The notes under the pieces were generated by a model, which worked only from the letters and a program-made list of their open reading frames with translations, ran no database searches and was not told where the DNA came from. A stretch of DNA of 64,000 nucleotides from the NCBI GenBank assembly GCA_040388785.1, contig JAZKBD010000011.1, positions 16,401 to 80,400 on the forward strand, in the 5' to 3' direction. Positions within the stretch are counted from its first letter, which is position 1; each line of letters starts with the position of its first letter. This document shows positions 1 to 8,959 of this stretch, in pieces. Source of the stretch: Pseudomonadota bacterium. GTDB taxonomy: Bacteria; Pseudomonadota; Gammaproteobacteria; Xanthomonadales; Rhodanobacteraceae. The position numbers were made by a program, and so were the translations under genes.

Positions 1-2514
1 GGTGGCGGCATCGCCTCTCCATTGACCGAAGGTGGCGACGGTGCCTCGCGCGTTTCGCTGCGTGGCCTCGGTACGAGCCGCACGTTGGTGCTGATCGATG
101 GCCAGCGCATGCTCAATGCCGACATGAACCTGATCCCGCAGAACATGATCCAGCGGATCGACGTTCTGGCCGAAGGTGCTTCGACGGTGTACGGCTCGGA
201 TGCCGTGGGCGGTGTGGTCAATATCCTGCTGCGCAATGACTTCAACGGCGCCGAAATCAGCTTGAACGACGGTATTTCCAGCCACGGCGACGGCCAGCGG
301 CGCGGGTTCAGCATGACCATGGGCCACAGCGGCGACAGGTACAACATCGTTGGCGGCCTCGACTACAACAAGTACGACGCCGTGTCTTCAACCCGGCGTG
401 ATTTCTCGGCACACCAGTTGTATCTGTCCAGCGGGTTGGTCAGCGTAGCCGGGTCCAGCTCGATCCCGACCGGTGCGGTACAGGTTCCCCCAGCCCTTGT
501 CGGCCAATTCAATTGCAAGAAATCGCGCGGCCTCCCGAACGGAAATCTGACGCTGGCATCCGGCGATGGAACGAGCGTGAGCGACTATCGCTGCTTTGTG
601 TCCGGGGTGGATTCATACAATTACGCGGCATACAACTTTATCCAGGTCGAACAGCAGCGCACCGACGGTTTCGTACTTGGCAGCTTCAACCTGACCGACA
701 ACGTCACGGCTTTTGTGGATGCGTTCTACAACCACACCTCTTCCGCCGGGCTGGATGCATCGATCCCGATAGGTACCGGTGACGGTCTGGTCATCCCGGC
801 CACGGCGCCATTCAATCCGTTCGGCGTCACCTTCAGCCAAAGTAATGGCGGCTATGCCTTCCAGACACGTCTCACAGGTGTGGGCACCCGCTACCACCCC
901 TACACCACCAGCACCGGCCAATTGATTGCCGGTCTGCGCGGCGCGGTCGGCCAAAGCAGCTGGAACTGGAACGTCAGCGTCAACTACGGCCATACCTCGC
1001 GCACCCAGACCGACGAAAACGAGATTTACATCCCGGCGATGCAGGCGGCCATCGATGCCGGCGCCAATATCTTCGACCAGGCCGCCAATAGCGCCGCGCT
1101 CTCAGCGGGCGCGTTGAACGCGGTCTACCAGAAGAACGAAATCCAGCGGCAAATCAGCGCGAGTGCCAATGGCAACCTGTTCTCGCTGCCGGCGGGAGAC
1201 GTGCAATTGGCGGTGGGCGCCCTGTACCGCAAGAACTCCATGAACTACACGATCAACCCGCTGGCCTTGCTTGATCCGACCACAGGTTTCTGCGAGTTCT
1301 CCCAGGAAGCCTGCGGCTCGCCCGGCAGCGGCAAGGACAACGTCAAGGAGGCCTTTGCGGAAACGCTGATCCCGTTGCTGAAGGAAGTGCCGGGTGCATA
1401 TTCATTGAATCTGGATCTGGGCGTGCGCTACTCGGATTACGCCAGTGCCGGGTCGACCACCAACGGAAAGATCGCGATCGAATGGCGCCCGATCCAGGAC
1501 CTGCTGGTGCGCGGCACCATCTCGCAGGTATTCCGGGCACCGAATCTCGATGACCTGTATGACGGCCGTTCGCTGGTCCAGCCGACCTTGAACGACCCCT
1601 GTGGCGGTCTCAGCGCCGCTGAACTCGCGCAGCACGCCAACGCTTGCCAGTACGTGCCGGTCAATTGGCCCGCTCCTACCGGGCAGGTCAACACCTATTA
1701 CTCGGGCGCCAGCGTGGTGGGGATCAATCTCAAGCCGGAGCACGGCAAGTCGGTGGATTTCGGGTTTGTCTACAACCCGAGTTGGGCACCTGGTTTGAAC
1801 ACCAGTCTCGATTTCTGGCACATCTATCTCTACGACACCCTGGTGGCGATCGACGGACGTACGGTGGTCAGCGCCTGCTTTGACAACAACGCAAGTCCAC
1901 TCTGCCAATACATCCACCGTTTCGACACGTCCACAACACAACCCGGGAACATCCGCGTGATCGATGCGCCAGTTTTGAACCTGGGTACGTTGAGTACCAG
2001 TGGCATCGACTTCACGGCCAACTACAAGCTTCCGCACTTTGATTTCGGCGGGTTCAACCCGGGCGACTTCAAGCTCGGGCTGGCGACCAGCTACATCGCG
2101 ACCTTCAACAACAACGCCACGCCGGGCAATCCGGGGTCGACGGTTGACAAGCTCGCCGGTACCTGGAGTGCGCAGTTCGGCAATGTCTCGCGCTGGCGTG
2201 CGACGGCCACGGTCGGCTGGAATCGTGGGCAGTGGGATGCGCAATGGCGGACGCGCTACATAAGTCCGGTGACGGCGCTCAATGTCGATGCTGCTATTGC
2301 CAACTACAACATTCCAGTTGCCTCAGTGGTTTACAACGACATCCAGCTTGGCTATGCGGTGCCGTCCATCCACACCCGCTTCGACGTGGGCGCGGACAAC
2401 GTATTCAACAAGAGGCCGCCGTTGCTGTACCAGAACGGCCAAGCCAACACGGACTCGAACACGTACGACACGATGGGCCGCTACTACTGGGCGAGGGCGA
2501 CGCTGAAGTTCTGA
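1..2514 (+). CDS. TonB-dependent outer-membrane receptor (5' end lies outside the window)
   Basis: The frame of ORF 22..2514 stays open to the window edge. Plug-like VSLRGLGTSRTLVLIDGQRM sits near the start. The long body is Y/N/G/S/T-rich, as in beta-barrels. The C-terminus ...YYWARATLKF ends in an aromatic residue, typical of TBDRs. Confidence 0.9.
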   Translation, partial: GGGIASPLTEGGDGASRVSLRGLGTSRTLVLIDGQRMLNADMNLIPQNMIQRIDVLAEGASTVYGSDAVGGVVNILLRNDFNGAEISLNDGISSHGDGQRRGFSMTMGHSGDRYNIVGGLDYNKYDAVSSTRRDFSAHQLYLSSGLVSVAGSSSIPTGAVQVPPALVGQFNCKKSRGLPNGNLTLASGDGTSVSDYRCFVSGVDSYNYAAYNFIQVEQQRTDGFVLGSFNLTDNVTAFVDAFYNHTSSAGLDASIPIGTGDGLVIPATAPFNPFGVTFSQSNGGYAFQTRLTGVGTRYHPYTTSTGQLIAGLRGAVGQSSWNWNVSVNYGHTSRTQTDENEIYIPAMQAAIDAGANIFDQAANSAALSAGALNAVYQKNEIQRQISASANGNLFSLPAGDVQLAVGALYRKNSMNYTINPLALLDPTTGFCEFSQEACGSPGSGKDNVKEAFAETLIPLLKEVPGAYSLNLDLGVRYSDYASAGSTTNGKIAIEWRPIQDLLVRGTISQVFRAPNLDDLYDGRSLVQPTLNDPCGGLSAAELAQHANACQYVPVNWPAPTGQVNTYYSGASVVGINLKPEHGKSVDFGFVYNPSWAPGLNTSLDFWHIYLYDTLVAIDGRTVVSACFDNNASPLCQYIHRFDTSTTQPGNIRVIDAPVLNLGTLSTSGIDFTANYKLPHFDFGGFNPGDFKLGLATSYIATFNNNATPGNPGSTVDKLAGTWSAQFGNVSRWRATATVGWNRGQWDAQWRTRYISPVTALNVDAAIANYNIPVASVVYNDIQLGYAVPSIHTRFDVGADNVFNKRPPLLYQNGQANTDSNTYDTMGRYYWARATLKF

Positions 2515-2532
2515 GTGTCAGTCCATGCCGGC

Positions 2533-2564
2533 AAGGGCGCCGCGTGAGCGGCGCCCTTTTTCTT
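2533..2564 (+). terminator. Rho-independent terminator of the TBDR gene
   Basis: aagggcgccgc-gtga-gcggcgccctt forms an 11-bp GC stem with a 4-nt loop. It runs straight into tttttctt, 19 nt after the TGA at 2512-2514. Confidence 0.75.
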
Positions 2565-2602
2565 GGGTACACTCAAGTGTTTCGCGCAATGGATTCGATC
2601 TC

Positions 2603-4465
2603 ATGCCGACGTCGGCCGACGACCTTGCTCAAGCCATGGCGGCCGCGTGGAATGCAGGCGAACCCGAACGGGTGATCGGGCTGGCGCGGGGCGCCCACGC
2701 AACGGCCATCGAATCCGAACCGGTACTCGCGTTCCTGGGTCTGGCGTGGCAGCAGACTGGGCGCCATGCGGAAGCCACGGAAATCTTCTCGCGCTTGTCC
2801 CGGATGCGTCCGGATGTCTCCGCGTACTGGAACAATTTTGGCGTCGCCAGCCGGCACACGGGTGACTTCGCGGCGTCCGAACAAGCGTTGTTGAAAGCCA
2901 AGTCGCTGGCGCCCGCCGATCCAGAAGTGCTCTACAACCTGGGCCTGCTGTACATCCAGCAGCAGCGCTGGGCGGTGGCGCGTGAAGTATTGCTGGACGC
3001 GGTACAGCTAGCGCCGCAATTCGTCGAAGCGCGACTGGAGGCCGCCCACGCCTGCCACGTCTGCGGCAACATCGAACGCGAGGAAGCCTTGCTGGCGGGA
3101 TCTGGCGATTGGCCTTCGCAGTCGGCAGAGCAGGCTCTGGTCCTGGCTTCGATGCTTTCCGTGCTGGGGCGCCTGCAAATCGCGCTGAAGGTGCTTGCGC
3201 AGGCGCGCCTGCCGGAAGGATCGGCGGCTGAAGCCATGCAGCTTCGCATCACTGCGCAACGCGTCGCCTTGCATGAGCGCAACAACCAACTCGATGAAGC
3301 GCGCCGCGAGCTGCAACGCCTGCCGCTGGACGCGCTCGACGCATTGCCGGACGATGCGATCGACGCGCGCCTCGATGTCTGGCGCGCGCACGCGGTGATG
3401 GCGATGCGCGGTCGACGCTACGAAGCAGCCGCGGCGCTCCATCAGCGCGTACTGGATTTCGCCAAGGATCCGGAAGTCGTATCGAATGCCGCGTTCGGTC
3501 TGGCTGCGGCGCTCGACAAGCAAGCACGCCATGGCGATGCATGGAAGGCGCTGGAAATCGCCCACGCAACGCAAATGCTGATCGCCCGGCAGGCCGCTCC
3601 CGAGTTGTCGGAGCGCAACGGACATCCGTTGCCGATGGTGACGCGTACGGTCGATGCACGAACGTACGCGACATGGAAACCGTTGGCGAGCCCGTCGATG
3701 TTGCAGAGCCCGGTGTTCGTGATCGGCTTTCCGCGCTCGGGAACGACACTGCTGGAACAGATGCTCGACGCGCACCCGGATTTCCGTTCGATGGACGAAC
3801 GCGGTTACGTGTACCAACTGATCGAGCGCATGGAACACGTGGGGCAACGTTATCCGGCCGATCTTGCCGATCTGCCCCAGGTCGATGCCGATCAATTGCG
3901 CGCGGTTTATTGGCGCTTGGTGGAACACACGCTGCCCGATCTTGGCCAGCGCCGGCTGATCGACAAGAACCCGCTCAACATGTTGTGCCTGCCGATGATC
4001 CTGCGCCTGTTCCCGGAGGCGCGCATCATCCTGTGCATCCGGCATCCGTGCGACGTGCTGCTGAGTTGCAGCATGCAGGCATTCCGCTCGCCCGCGTTCC
4101 GCGCGATGTGCTCATCGCTGCCGCGGCTCGCGCGTGGTTACACGGAAGCGTTCGAACAGTGTGTCCGCCACATCGAGGTGTTCGAGCCAAAAGTGCTGGA
4201 ATGGCGATACGAGTCGCTTGTAACCGATTTCGATGCGGCGGTTGCGCGCCTCGGAGAATTCCTGGAGGTCGTGGATGCGTCACCGTTCGCGGGCTTTGCC
4301 GCGCATGCGCGCGACAAGCAGTTCATCGCAACGCCGAGTTACGCGCAGGTGACGCAACCGGTCAACGCGCAAGCGGTCGGACGCTGGACGCATTACCGCG
4401 AGCAGTTCGAGCCGGTGCTGCCGGTGTTGCGTCCATGGATAGAAAAGTTTGGTTACACCGTTTGA
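2603..4465 (+). CDS. TPR-repeat / sulfotransferase-family fusion protein
   Basis: The N-terminal half has TPR-like helical repeats (e.g. YNLGLLYIQQQRWAVAREVLLDAVQLAPQF). The C-terminal half carries a PAPS 5'-PSB-like motif FVIGFPRSGTTLLEQMLDAHPDF and a 3'-PB-like IRHPCDVLLS. I chose the start at ATG 2603 because the upstream ATG at 2525 lies inside the terminator hairpin. Confidence 0.8.
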   Translation: MPTSADDLAQAMAAAWNAGEPERVIGLARGAHATAIESEPVLAFLGLAWQQTGRHAEATEIFSRLSRMRPDVSAYWNNFGVASRHTGDFAASEQALLKAKSLAPADPEVLYNLGLLYIQQQRWAVAREVLLDAVQLAPQFVEARLEAAHACHVCGNIEREEALLAGSGDWPSQSAEQALVLASMLSVLGRLQIALKVLAQARLPEGSAAEAMQLRITAQRVALHERNNQLDEARRELQRLPLDALDALPDDAIDARLDVWRAHAVMAMRGRRYEAAAALHQRVLDFAKDPEVVSNAAFGLAAALDKQARHGDAWKALEIAHATQMLIARQAAPELSERNGHPLPMVTRTVDARTYATWKPLASPSMLQSPVFVIGFPRSGTTLLEQMLDAHPDFRSMDERGYVYQLIERMEHVGQRYPADLADLPQVDADQLRAVYWRLVEHTLPDLGQRRLIDKNPLNMLCLPMILRLFPEARIILCIRHPCDVLLSCSMQAFRSPAFRAMCSSLPRLARGYTEAFEQCVRHIEVFEPKVLEWRYESLVTDFDAAVARLGEFLEVVDASPFAGFAAHARDKQFIATPSYAQVTQPVNAQAVGRWTHYREQFEPVLPVLRPWIEKFGYTV

Positions 4466-4484
4466 GGTGTGCGGTGCGACGCAC

Positions 4485-5372
4485 TCACTTGCGCTTCGCA
4501 CGCGGATGCGCCGCGTCGTACACCTTGGCGAGATGCTGGAAATCCAGATGCGTGTAGATCTGCGTCGTGCCGATGTCGGCATGACCCAGCAGTTCCTGCA
4601 CCGCGCGCAGGTTGCCCGATGATTCCAGCAGATGCGACGCACAGGAATGCCGCATCAAGTGCGGATAAACGCGCCGCCAGATGCCTTGCGAGCGCGCGCG
4701 TCGCTTGATCGCGGCGCGCACCGCGCCGGGCGTCAATGCCTGCCCACCACGCCCTTGCAGGATGGGTGCGTCGGCATCCGCGGCTAGCGATGCGCGCAAT
4801 GCGGCAAGTGCTTCCAGCGCCAGCCGGCCCACCGGCACGATGCGCGTCTTGTTGCCTTTGCCGGTGACGCGCAGCAAGCCCTGTTCCGGATCGAGATCGC
4901 GCCAGCGCGCGCCGCACAATTCCGACACGCGCAGGCCGCTGGAATACAAAAGCTCCAGCAGCGCGCGATCGCGCAGCGCCAGGGGATCGCCAGCCGTCAC
5001 TTCGACCAGCGCGGCAGCTTCGTCCACGTCCAGCACTTCGGGCAGCTTGCGGCGCACCTTCGGCGAGCGCACGCCCGCGGCGGGGTTGTTCTGGATTTTT
5101 CCTTCGCGCGCAAGAAAGCGGAAGAAGCTGCGGAACGCAGACAGCATTGCGCGCAACGACGGCGGCTCTAGTCCGCGGCGGTGTTCGTTCGCGATCAGCG
5201 TCTGCACCTGCTCGCCGCGCAGTTCGTTCCACGCGGCGAGCGAAAGCCCGTCGGCGAAGCGCGTCAGCATCTCCAGCGCGTGCGTGTAGTTGCGCAGCGT
5301 GCCCGGCGAGTAGTGCCGCTCGACTTTCAGGTAATCCAGGAACCGTGCGGCGTCGGCGGCGAGACCGCTCAT
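4485..5372 (-). CDS. xerC: Tyrosine site-specific recombinase XerC
   Basis: The N-terminus reads FLDYLKVERHYSPGTLRNYTHAL. The C-terminal catalytic region reads HLMRHSCASHLLESSGNLRAVQELLGHADIGTTQIYTHL. It sits in the conserved dapF-DUF484-xerC context. Confidence 0.9.
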   Translation of the reverse strand: MSGLAADAARFLDYLKVERHYSPGTLRNYTHALEMLTRFADGLSLAAWNELRGEQVQTLIANEHRRGLEPPSLRAMLSAFRSFFRFLAREGKIQNNPAAGVRSPKVRRKLPEVLDVDEAAALVEVTAGDPLALRDRALLELLYSSGLRVSELCGARWRDLDPEQGLLRVTGKGNKTRIVPVGRLALEALAALRASLAADADAPILQGRGGQALTPGAVRAAIKRRARSQGIWRRVYPHLMRHSCASHLLESSGNLRAVQELLGHADIGTTQIYTHLDFQHLAKVYDAAHPRAKRK

Positions 5373-5388
5373 CTCATGCGGCCCTGAT

Positions 5389-6072
5389 TCATTGAGTTGT
5401 GAAGCGGGAGATCGCCGCGTCCAGCGCCTGCGCGATGAGTTTCAGGAACAGCGTGCCGATGCCGGGATGGAAGCGATTGGGATCATCGCTGCCGATCGCG
5501 AGCATGCCTTCGTTGCCGATCTTCAGCAGCGCCGCCGAATGCACCTTGCCCGCGTCGGCGCCGAACAGACGGTCGAGTTTGTTCTGCGCAAGCCGGCCGC
5601 ACGCGGGCTCGCCGTGCGCGAGGAAATCCGTGAACTCCGGAAGCGCCTGCTTGCCGGCGGGGATGCAGATCAGCCAGTCCGCGCGTGGCAGGTCGGCGCC
5701 GTCGCGGAACAGCAGCACGCGCACCAAGTCGGAATGGAAATCCTCGTTCAGCGCGCCGACGAAGCTCTTCAAGACATCCGACAGATTATCATCGCGCAGC
5801 AGTCCGACGGTGAGCGTATGCACGCGCACCATCAACTGTTCGTTGTCGCCGGCGATCGCCACCAGTTCCGCCAGCCTGTCGTTCAACTCGCGGTTGCGCG
5901 CGCGCAAGGCTTCGAGCTGGTAAGCCGCAAGCGACGCGGCGGGGCCGTTTTCGCGCGGCATCACCAGTTCGGTGGCGACGTCGGGAAAGTGTTCCAGGAA
6001 GCGCGGGTGCTGGCGCAGGTATTCGGCGACGTCCATCGCTGCGAGGCTTTGCTTCAGGGTCAGGTCGGCCAT
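5389..6072 (-). CDS. DUF484 (YigA-like) protein
   Basis: The start MADLTLKQSLAAMDVAEYLRQHPRFLEHFPD is typical of DUF484. It occupies the conserved position between dapF and xerC. ATG 6072 was chosen; the upstream part of the ORF is Arg-rich junk. Confidence 0.8.
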   Translation of the reverse strand: MADLTLKQSLAAMDVAEYLRQHPRFLEHFPDVATELVMPRENGPAASLAAYQLEALRARNRELNDRLAELVAIAGDNEQLMVRVHTLTVGLLRDDNLSDVLKSFVGALNEDFHSDLVRVLLFRDGADLPRADWLICIPAGKQALPEFTDFLAHGEPACGRLAQNKLDRLFGADAGKVHSAALLKIGNEGMLAIGSDDPNRFHPGIGTLFLKLIAQALDAAISRFTTQ

Positions 6073-6131
6073 GCTGGGCTCCGGTGGCATGCGCGCAGTG
6101 TGGTGAGTTGCGCGCGATCGTGCAACGCCAC

Positions 6132-6962
6132 TCAGACTCCCAGCCATTCGCCATCGAACGCGAATGCCGTCGGTCCGGTCATCCACAGCGCATGCCCCGG
6201 TCCTTGCCATGCGATTCGCAGATCGCCGCCCGGCAATGCCACGCGCACCTCGTCGCCGACGCGGCCACGATTCCGCAATGCGGCGACGGCCGCGCAGGCG
6301 CCGCTGCCGCAGGCCTGCGTCCAGCCGGCGCCGCGTTCGTGCACGCGCAGTTCGAGGTGGCGCGCGTCGATGACCTTGGCGAAACCCGCATTCACGCCCT
6401 GCGGAAAGCGCCGATGCCCGGTGATGCGCGGTCCCAGGATCTCGACGCGCGGATCGTGCACGTCGGTGACTTCCATCACCGCGTGCGGATTGCCCATCGA
6501 CACCGCGGCGATTTCGACACGTTCGCCGTCGACGTCCAGCGGGTAAGTGTCTGCGATCGCGGATGCATCGAAAGGAATCCCCGCAGGTTCGAACGCAGGC
6601 TCGCCCATATCCACGGTGACCGTCGACGCATCATCCAGCCGCATTCCGATCACGCCGGCGGGACTCTGCAGCTTCACCGTCGTGCCGATCGTGATGTCGC
6701 CCGCGCGATGCAACCAGGCGCCGATGCAGCGCGCGCCATTGCCGCACTGTTCCGCGATCGAACCGTCGGCATTGCGGATCGAATACGCAGCGACGCAGGC
6801 GGGATCACGCGCAGGTTCGATGACCAGCAACTGGTCGAAGCCGATCCCGGTGTGGCGATCGGCCATGGCGCGAATGCGCGCGTCGCCCGGTGCCGGCGCC
6901 GACGCACGCGCATCCAGCACCACGAAATCGTTGCCGAGGCCGTGCATCTTGGTAAAGCGCAA
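6132..6962 (-). CDS. dapF: Diaminopimelate epimerase
   Basis: (L)RFTKMHGLGNDFVVLDAR aligns with the canonical DapF N-terminus MxFxKMHGLGNDF. Catalytic-Cys contexts are present (EQCGNGARC, QACGSGACA). The TTG at 6962 fits the homologous start; the alternatives are GTG 6968 and ATG 6947. Confidence 0.9.
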   Translation of the reverse strand: MRFTKMHGLGNDFVVLDARASAPAPGDARIRAMADRHTGIGFDQLLVIEPARDPACVAAYSIRNADGSIAEQCGNGARCIGAWLHRAGDITIGTTVKLQSPAGVIGMRLDDASTVTVDMGEPAFEPAGIPFDASAIADTYPLDVDGERVEIAAVSMGNPHAVMEVTDVHDPRVEILGPRITGHRRFPQGVNAGFAKVIDARHLELRVHERGAGWTQACGSGACAAVAALRNRGRVGDEVRVALPGGDLRIAWQGPGHALWMTGPTAFAFDGEWLGV

Positions 6963-6979
6963 GCCCACGGATGTTCCGA

Positions 6980-7186
6980 TCAACCGCCGCTCGCGGCGGA
7001 CGCGGGCGATACCACCGTCGCCGCGCCTGCGGGCCTGGCGACGGAAGTCGCGGGCGCTGCCGTCGAAGCAGCCGAAGCCGGCGCCGCCGGTTTGGTCGGC
7101 AAGACCAGCGGGCCCTTTTGTCCGCAACCTGCGAGCGACCCTGCGGCCAGCAACAGCAGCGAAACGGAAACAATGCGACGGCGCAT
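6980..7186 (-). CDS. lptM: Small lipoprotein LptM (YifL-like)
   Basis: Only the last 68 codons of ORF 6980..8185 look real. MRRRIVSVSLLLLAAGSLAGCGQKGPLVLP has a lipobox and the GQKGPL signature. It lies immediately upstream of dapF, as in other gammaproteobacteria. Confidence 0.75.
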   Translation of the reverse strand: MRRRIVSVSLLLLAAGSLAGCGQKGPLVLPTKPAAPASAASTAAPATSVARPAGAATVVSPASAASGG

Positions 7187-7299
7187 GCAGGCAGCCCGAC
7201 AGGAAAGTGCCGCCAGTATAGAGGCATGCTCATCGTCGCGAAGCGCACGCGCGGCAAGGCACGGCATCAGCGCTGATGCCGTGCCCCTTGGTCCGCGGT

Positions 7300-8166
7300 T
7301 CAGTGGCCCGCGCTGGACGCCGGCGCAGGCATGCCGGTGGGTTTCGCGACGGCACTGGACGGCGGCGCGTTCAAATCCTTCAGGTCGCCGATCGTCACGG
7401 TGCCGCGCCAGTGTGCGTCGCGCGCCGCGAAATATTTCTGGGGATCCCAGCGCCACGGACTCCAGAAATCGGTGCTGCCGCAGCCGGCGACCGGCGCATC
7501 GCCGACGGTCGGGCCGCCGCAGTTGGACTTGACGCCCGTCGTCGTGATGCCGCTGTCGAAACCGAGTCGCGAACCGGTGCCTTCGGTCTTGGCCATGTCG
7601 AGCGCGCGCACCATGCGCTTTTTCGCAACGACGTCGCCGTACTCCGGCATCAGCTTGTCGAGCACCGCGACCGCCTGGTCGTGCTGGGCAGGGGTCAACG
7701 CTTCGCACACGCGGTCGCGGGTGGCGATGAAACTGGGATATTTGCGTTCGGCCGCCAACGCGAGCCACGCGCACGCCGTAACGGGATCCTTCGCGACGCC
7801 GTGGCCGTTGTCGTACATCAGGCCGATGCTGAGCTGCGACAACTTGTCGGCGTAGCGCGCGCCGTACTTGAAGTATTTGATGGCGGCCGCGTAGTGGCCC
7901 TCGGAATACAGCCGCATGCCGGCGAATTCGCCGAACAGGTCCGGGTGTCCCCACGTCGAGGCATCGTTCATCGCGGTGATGATCTTTTCGATGTCCGGGC
8001 TGGCCTCGGGCGGCGGCGGAATCGGATTCTTCATGGGCCGGGCCGGCGCCGACGCGGTCGTGGCCGTTGCCGGAGCGGCCGCCGTGGCGGACGTCGTCGT
8101 CGCGAACACGGGGCTGGCGCAAAGCAGCGTGGCGCCAAGCGAAGCGAACAAGCGGGTACGGTTCAT
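7300..8166 (-). CDS. Secreted Sel1-like repeat protein
   Basis: Signal peptide MNRTRLFASLGATLLCASPVFA. A Sel1-type repeat reads AAAIKYFKYGARYADKLSQLSIGLMYDNGHGVAKDPVTACAWLALAAE. An AAGGAG Shine-Dalgarno sits 7 nt before ATG 8166; GTG 8169 is an alternative start. Confidence 0.6.
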   Translation of the reverse strand: MNRTRLFASLGATLLCASPVFATTTSATAAAPATATTASAPARPMKNPIPPPPEASPDIEKIITAMNDASTWGHPDLFGEFAGMRLYSEGHYAAAIKYFKYGARYADKLSQLSIGLMYDNGHGVAKDPVTACAWLALAAERKYPSFIATRDRVCEALTPAQHDQAVAVLDKLMPEYGDVVAKKRMVRALDMAKTEGTGSRLGFDSGITTTGVKSNCGGPTVGDAPVAGCGSTDFWSPWRWDPQKYFAARDAHWRGTVTIGDLKDLNAPPSSAVAKPTGMPAPASSAGH

Positions 8167-8179
8167 CACATCGACTCCT

Positions 8180-8240
8180 TGTCAAGGTTGCTTGACATAA
8201 AGATATCCATGGTGATGCTGCATGTCAAGCATGCTTGACA
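8180..8240 (-). promoter_or_regulatory. Putative sigma70 promoter flanked by two TGTCAAG-N4-CTTGACA inverted repeats
   Basis: On the minus strand there is TTGACA (8228-8223), a 17-nt spacer, then TATCTT. Inverted repeats lie at 8223-8240 (perfect 18-bp palindrome) and 8180-8197 (same 7-bp arms). Confidence 0.4.
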
Positions 8241-8320
8241 GGCCGTGGCGAGATCGGGGCTGCTCCGGTGTGCATGATGGATCGCCGTGCGGGCGCGCGC
8301 ATGTCCCGGTTGGCACCTGC

Positions 8321-8797
8321 TCAGGGCGTGACAGCTGTCAGCCGTTTCATGTAACGCCAACCATCCGTGCGGTCTTCGTAGAACGCGGGCAGGTGCGCGA
8401 TGCGCGTGTAACCGCGCCGCTCGTACAACGCGATCGCGGACGGATTGTCGGCGCGTACTTCGAGCCGCATCGAGGTGCAGCCGCGTGCGCGAGCGTCGGC
8501 TTCCGCGGCAGCCAACAGCGCGCTGCCGAGCCCGCCGCCGCGTGCGTGCCCACCGACCGCGAGCGAATACAGGCGTGCCGCCTGCGCGTTGCGGCGATAG
8601 AACACCACGGCCGCGGCATCGGCGCGCTTCGGCGTGCCGTTGACGAACACCGCCGTGCTGGCGCTGCCGATGTAATGGCGCCACTGCGCGCGGCTGATGC
8701 GGTCGCTGTCGAAAGTCGCATGTTCCAGCGCAAGCAGCGCATCGATGTCGGCACGGGTGGCGCGGCGAACCTGGCGGGCGGTTTGCGTGGGCGGCAT
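8321..8797 (-). CDS. GNAT family N-acetyltransferase (RimI-like)
   Basis: Acetyl-CoA binding core LAVGGHARGGGLGSALLAAAEADARARGCTSMRLEVRADNPSAIALYERRGY. ATG 8797 was chosen; TTG 8833 is an alternative. Confidence 0.75.
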   Translation of the reverse strand: MPPTQTARQVRRATRADIDALLALEHATFDSDRISRAQWRHYIGSASTAVFVNGTPKRADAAAVVFYRRNAQAARLYSLAVGGHARGGGLGSALLAAAEADARARGCTSMRLEVRADNPSAIALYERRGYTRIAHLPAFYEDRTDGWRYMKRLTAVTP

Positions 8798-8959
8798 GGA
8801 TGCAAGCGTGGCGCGCGGGTCGGCGGCGCGCAAGCCTGAATCCTGGCCGGACCGGAGCGGCGATTACCTCTTGCGTTCGGCACCGGCGGTGCCGACACTG
8901 CAACCCTTCGCCGCGCCGGCACAACTCCGCCACGTGCGCATCGAATCAGGAAGATCGCA

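Noticed and set aside
2525-2602. Upstream ATG 2525 as the start of the TPR-sulfotransferase gene.
   Set aside because: These codons coincide with the terminator hairpin and T-tract of the TBDR gene and have non-coding composition. ATG 2603 is preferred.
4485-5372. The tyrosine recombinase as a marker of an integrated mobile element or genomic island.
   Set aside because: The sequence and the lptM-dapF-DUF484-xerC context are those of the chromosomal dimer-resolution recombinase XerC. I saw no att-like direct repeats, tRNA gene or phage/IS genes nearby.
6980-8185. 401-aa ORF that would cover the lptM region and the Sel1 gene region in another frame.
   Set aside because: Only the last 68 codons (lipobox plus GQKGPL) look like a real protein. 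The rest overlaps the signal-peptide-bearing Sel1-repeat gene in a different frame on the same strand and is Arg/Gly junk.
8192-8240. Plus-strand TTGACA boxes as a promoter reading toward the GNAT gene region.
   Set aside because: No acceptable -10 element lies at a 16-18-nt spacing on the plus strand, and transcription would be antisense to the GNAT gene. The boxes are explained as the other halves of the palindromes serving the minus-strand promoter.
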